Below are positions 59,721 to 64,000 of a stretch of 64,000 nucleotides of DNA, piece by piece; within the stretch, counting starts at the first letter, position 1; each line of letters opens with the position of its first letter. The stretch is from Octopus bimaculoides (lineage: Eukaryota), in assembly GCF_001194135.2 (NCBI RefSeq), contig NC_068983.1:94912604-94976603 (forward strand), read 5' to 3'. The notes beneath the pieces were generated by a model. That model saw nothing but the letters and a program-made list of their open reading frames with translations, did no database searches and was not told the origin of the DNA. The position numbers and the translations under genes are program-made.

Positions 59721-60479
59721 TGGATTATAGTTTTTAGAGGTCCGTATGACTCCCTAAGAAGAAAAACCCATCCGAGTCTCTGAAATGTGTATGTTATTGT
59801 AAACGAAGAAGTCCGAAAATTTGACGATGATGGAGTCATCGGACGTAACTAATGATGATGATGATTCTTGCAGAGTATGTCTTCCTGTTGAGAAGTGTGT
59901 AACTCAAAGGCGAAGTTTCAAACAACATGATCTATTTTCGTTACATTTACAATTATAAATCAACCACGTCGGATCGATGAAAATCAACATATAATTTTAA
60001 CTGTATGCATTTGTTGACAATCTACTTAGCCTTGTGAAATTACTACTGAGGAAAGGGTATGTGACAGATGGGATAGAAAAGGTAATCTGTAAATGTGGTA
60101 GGCATGACAATTAGATTAATCAAGTGTGAGTAGATGAATGTCAGTGTGAAACAGTTTTCGTTTGACCCAGTGACATCGTTTCTCGTTCAGCCCCAAAACC
60201 GTCTGCAACAGGCTGTCACGATCGCAAGCAGGGAGCTAACTCCTTTGGCTGGTCAGCTGGTCGTATTTATAACAATCTGCAGTCTGTAGAAAGACGGACA
60301 AACCTTAGCTAAATATTCAAGTTAGATCCGGTTCATTTGAACTTAATTTCACCTAGCTGGTCATTAAAAACTCATCAATCATTGTTTCAATTGACAGGAC
60401 AAAAAAGTTTTCCCTGCCGCAAACTGATTTGGCGGGCGAATTCTGAGATGCGGTTTCAAATGTCAGGCGACAGAATTGA

Positions 60480-60610
60480 TATTCGTTCTTTATATTATGT
60501 TTATAGTCTCTCTCTGACTGGAAGGGGGTCGTTCATCAAGAGTTTGTTCCGCGTGGTCAGGAGATCAATAAAAATTTTACTCGGATATCTTGAAGTGTTG
60601 AGGACATATA
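60480..60610 (+). mobile_element. Short mariner transposase fragment
   Basis: DWKGVVHQEFVPRGQEINKNF from 60516. Confidence 0.6.
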
Positions 60611-62747
60611 CAACCGCCCTACACTTTGGAATTGACCCCAGCGAACATTTTTTTTTATCTCTTAAATTTGAAATCTACCCTAAATCTACCCAGTTACCGA
60701 CATTATGTGAATCGAATAAAATTCGCTACAATGACGTATCACTCTTGAAAATGCATGTAGTGGATCTTGTATGCATGAAGTGGATTCGATCCACCATAGC
60801 CAAATTTAAATTAACACTGCGACAGAACTTTTCCCACGGTGGAACAATGGTTTTTCTCTGACAGCAGTTTTACATTATCCAGATGCCTTTAGCTAGGCCG
60901 AAATGTCTTCACCACTTGACCCTTTCTAACCTCTTCTACTTCACCAAAAGCTAGAATAGAGATAACAAGACCACCAACTAAATCTATTGTTCTCAATGAT
61001 ATGTCTATCCTTATAGATAGTTATAAAAGCAAGAAAACTCCAAGCAAAAATGAGTTTAGTCACCAGTCGGTGACGACTCAACGAGTTCAGTCACATGGTG
61101 ACGACTCAATGAGAACGAAGTCTGGCTGACCAGCTAGAACCTTGGCCAGAGGGAGAAATGAAGTTTACTGTCAGCAACTGTGAGACAACATCCCACACCC
61201 TACAACTTTCACTAGCTCTAATTCTGTCCTCTTACAACATCATTCTATCTCTCTCTGTAATTACTACTAAACAATGAAGAGGACACAAACACAAACTTTA
61301 CTTCGCATGCTTTTGGATCTATCATAACCTGCCCGTCGAGGCAAGGTATTGTAATGTAACGGTAAATAAATATTTCCTTAAAACTTCAAGCATTGTTCAT
61401 CTTTCGCATCCTACAACACACATACAATTATAACTACATAAATTATTATCGTTACATGCATTCCAAAAGTGTGTATGCCTGGGGAAAACGTTGGAATCGG
61501 TGTATCATTAACTGTGGGGGGAACTAATTTGAAGAAGACAAGTCTAATTAAATTAGGTAGTTAAGCAAGAGAGTTCTATTCATTTATTTTTAAGAAAGAC
61601 AGATTCCACTTTGAACATGTCTCATGAATGTGCGTCTATTTATTTTGCTAGTTTCCGAACTTCATGATTCCGGCCTCTTACGCGCGCGCACACACACATA
61701 ATTTCTATAAAGAAGAAGCGACTTATGCTTGGTTTGGCTTCTACAGACTGAAACGAATCGTTCTTTTCTACATAATCCCACTCCAAATTTTCTTAATCGT
61801 TAATAATTATCTCATAGACCTAGATTCCCAGAAGTCCAAAACAAAATTCTGAAAACTTTTATAAAACAAAGACAAAAGCACAGAGACAGGAATGGGCACG
61901 GTCCGAAACTCCGCAAGGCTTTTCAAGAGAAGAATAAAAGTGTTAAATGAAATTTATGCGTTTAATTAAAGCTCTTGTGAAAATTTTTTTGGTAGTTCTT
62001 CAATTTCATGGTTGAGTAGGTTATTTATTAATTTAGTATCTTGTAACAGCCAAATCTCTCTGGCTCAAAATAATTTTTTTTAAATTGTTGAATATGGGCA
62101 ATACTCCAAATTACAGTTATAAACTAATATTGAAAAAAAGGCAAGCAAAATACGAACGTCGTTAAATTTTCTAATGCTTATTTAATAGCTATTTAATAAA
62201 TGTTTTCAAGTGTAAAATATATGATTATATAAAATGTATATTTACTAGAGACAGTAATGCGGATTCTTGGCAAGAATTATTTCGAATCAAAGAATACAAG
62301 AATACATATTTATACAAGTATATACAAGAATACATATTTATACAAGTATATATATATATATATTTTATATTTACTTTTGAATTCATGGCTATTACGAAAG
62401 ATCTCCAAATAATGTAGTCCTAGAGACACAATATTTGAAATAACACAAATAATTTAAAAAACTAATGGGTCTGCTTGATCAGGTGCTAAGTTCTAAACAA
62501 CACAGCGACGGAGTCGCTACGTTGTCTCTCGACCTACCAGAAATAGCTGCCAAATCCTTCAAATCAGACTTCACCATCTCATACAAGAAAAGGTCACACG
62601 AAAGAATAGTCTAAGACATTCTAAAAAAGACATAATGGGACAAATACTAAGGTTACAAAGATAAATGAAGGAATAATCAATCTAGAAACATAAACTATGA
62701 AAACTTTCTGACCATTTTCTTATAATATGCGACATGGATCTACTTAC

Positions 62748-62766
62748 CGATATCTCTTCCTGGCAT
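62748..62766 (-). CDS. Probable first coding exon of the GT31 galactosyltransferase (MPGRDI-G)
   Basis: ATG CCA GGA AGA GAT ATC G followed by a consensus GTAAGTA donor; phase 1 fits the 56770 acceptor, giving MPGRDIGKKKIRIWMTILII.. (323 aa); ACCATG context; in-frame TAA 30 nt upstream. Confidence 0.72.
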
Positions 62767-64000
62767 GGTAAACGGCACTTTCGTAACGAAAAATTAACCG
62801 TAGACGTGTCTCTGAGAGATAGTGACGTTATTTGCGATCGAATCACGGAATCAAATCACGGAGAAGGATAAATGTTGAAATTTCGTTTGTATTGTTTCTT
62901 TTTTTTTATGTCTAATAGTTGCAGCATCAACTTTTCATTCTTTGAAACTCTGCGAAGGGAATAGGCACCGTCCGAACCAATAAAATAAAAGCTATCCAAT
63001 CATAGTTACTAAAGTAAATGAGTAAAAGATAAAGAAAGAAAACAAATCATGAAAAAGATACGCTGTATGTAACAAAAAGAAACATGTTATTTAGAGAGTT
63101 AATAATTCAATTAGTGATGAGGCGAGGGGACGGTGAGAAAAAAAGGAATGATAAACGTTTAAACAGAAGCTATGAAGAATCACCGGTGTTATCTTCTTCT
63201 TCTTCCTCATTTCTTTCTCTTTCTCAGCATCTTCCAACCTATTTATCTAGTAATATGGCTGAGAGAAAATATCAACACATTAAATATGAGTAGAGTAACA
63301 CATGTAATATAATGACATGAAAAACTTCGTTGAACTGAGATTCTTGTCATCACAAATCATTGAAAATAAATGTATTAATCTACGTTTTATGTATTAAATT
63401 CCTTAATGTATGGTTAGTCTCCTTAATTTTGTATTAAGGTAATTAAATATATAATTGCGTATTTATATATACTTTTCTACTCTAGGCACAAGGCCCGAAA
63501 TTTTGGGGGAGGGGGTCAGTCAATTAGATCAACTCCAGTACGCAACTGGTAATTAATTTATCGACGAAATATCAATTTCTTTATTGTCCACCGGGGGCTA
63601 AACATAGAAATGGACAGAACAACTGATGGGATCAGTAAATCGGTATGATTGTACATGATATATGACTTTTAAAAATGAAATAAAATGTATTTAAAAAATC
63701 GAATGAAATTAACAATACAGGGACAATACAAATGAAGCGATGATCAGGCCACGCTCCGACCCCACAAGCCCCGATCTATCGCTGGTACCTTTTTTTGTTC
63801 TTTTGTTTTCCGTCTATTCACACGGTTCCTTTCACGCACAACACTCGTGCAACATGCTTCCATCTCTTTTGCAACGTACACTCCGACAGACATCTCTTCT
63901 CCAGTCACACCTTCCTTTTCAAATGAAAAGTAAAAAAATGATCGTAAACTGTGGCCAGAGATAAAGTTGCCTGTCTTAATTCCTTTTATCCTAGTCTTCC

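Noticed and set aside
60337-60861. 174-aa ORF
   Set aside because: No recognisable protein; the informative similarity is a mariner fragment in a different frame.
1-64000. CRISPR arrays, rRNA genes, prokaryotic operons or contamination
   Set aside because: None seen; all regular repeats are eukaryotic satellites or TEs and the multi-exon genes have spliceosomal introns.

Overview
AT-rich, repeat-dense animal genomic DNA. The SINE and microsatellite landscape points to a coleoid cephalopod, most likely Octopus (inferred, not searched). Three protein-coding genes were reconstructed by hand. (1) An intronless TANGO6 orthologue on the minus strand (6188-9793, 1201 aa). (2) Head-to-head with it (437 bp between ATGs), the spliceosomal factor Cactin on the plus strand: 19 coding exons over 10231-53635, all GT-AG and phase-consistent, 2130 nt = 709 aa. 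(3) A GT31-family beta-1,3-galactosyltransferase on the minus strand, convergent with Cactin: main exon 55818-56770 plus a 19-nt first coding exon at 62748-62766 that the ORF track misses. The rest is tRNA-derived SINEs, RTE/CR1 LINE fragments, Tc1/mariner remnants, MITEs, two Penelope-like (PLE) fragments, micro/minisatellites and two N gaps. Most notable observations: a tRNA-headed small retroelement carrying a minimal type-I hammerhead ribozyme plus a PLE-style inverted terminal copy (about 45994-46316), a second inverted pair of decayed hammerheads, and PLE endonuclease and RT remnants in the same window, together suggesting a Penelope-driven ribozyme-SINE system; a SINE that inserted at the penultimate codon of TANGO6 and now supplies its last residues and stop codon, with the old ending still readable 168 nt downstream; and a foldback MITE with a head-to-head telomeric-repeat core. 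All alignments were done by eye. Exon coordinates were counted to the base; TE boundaries are approximate (tens of nt).
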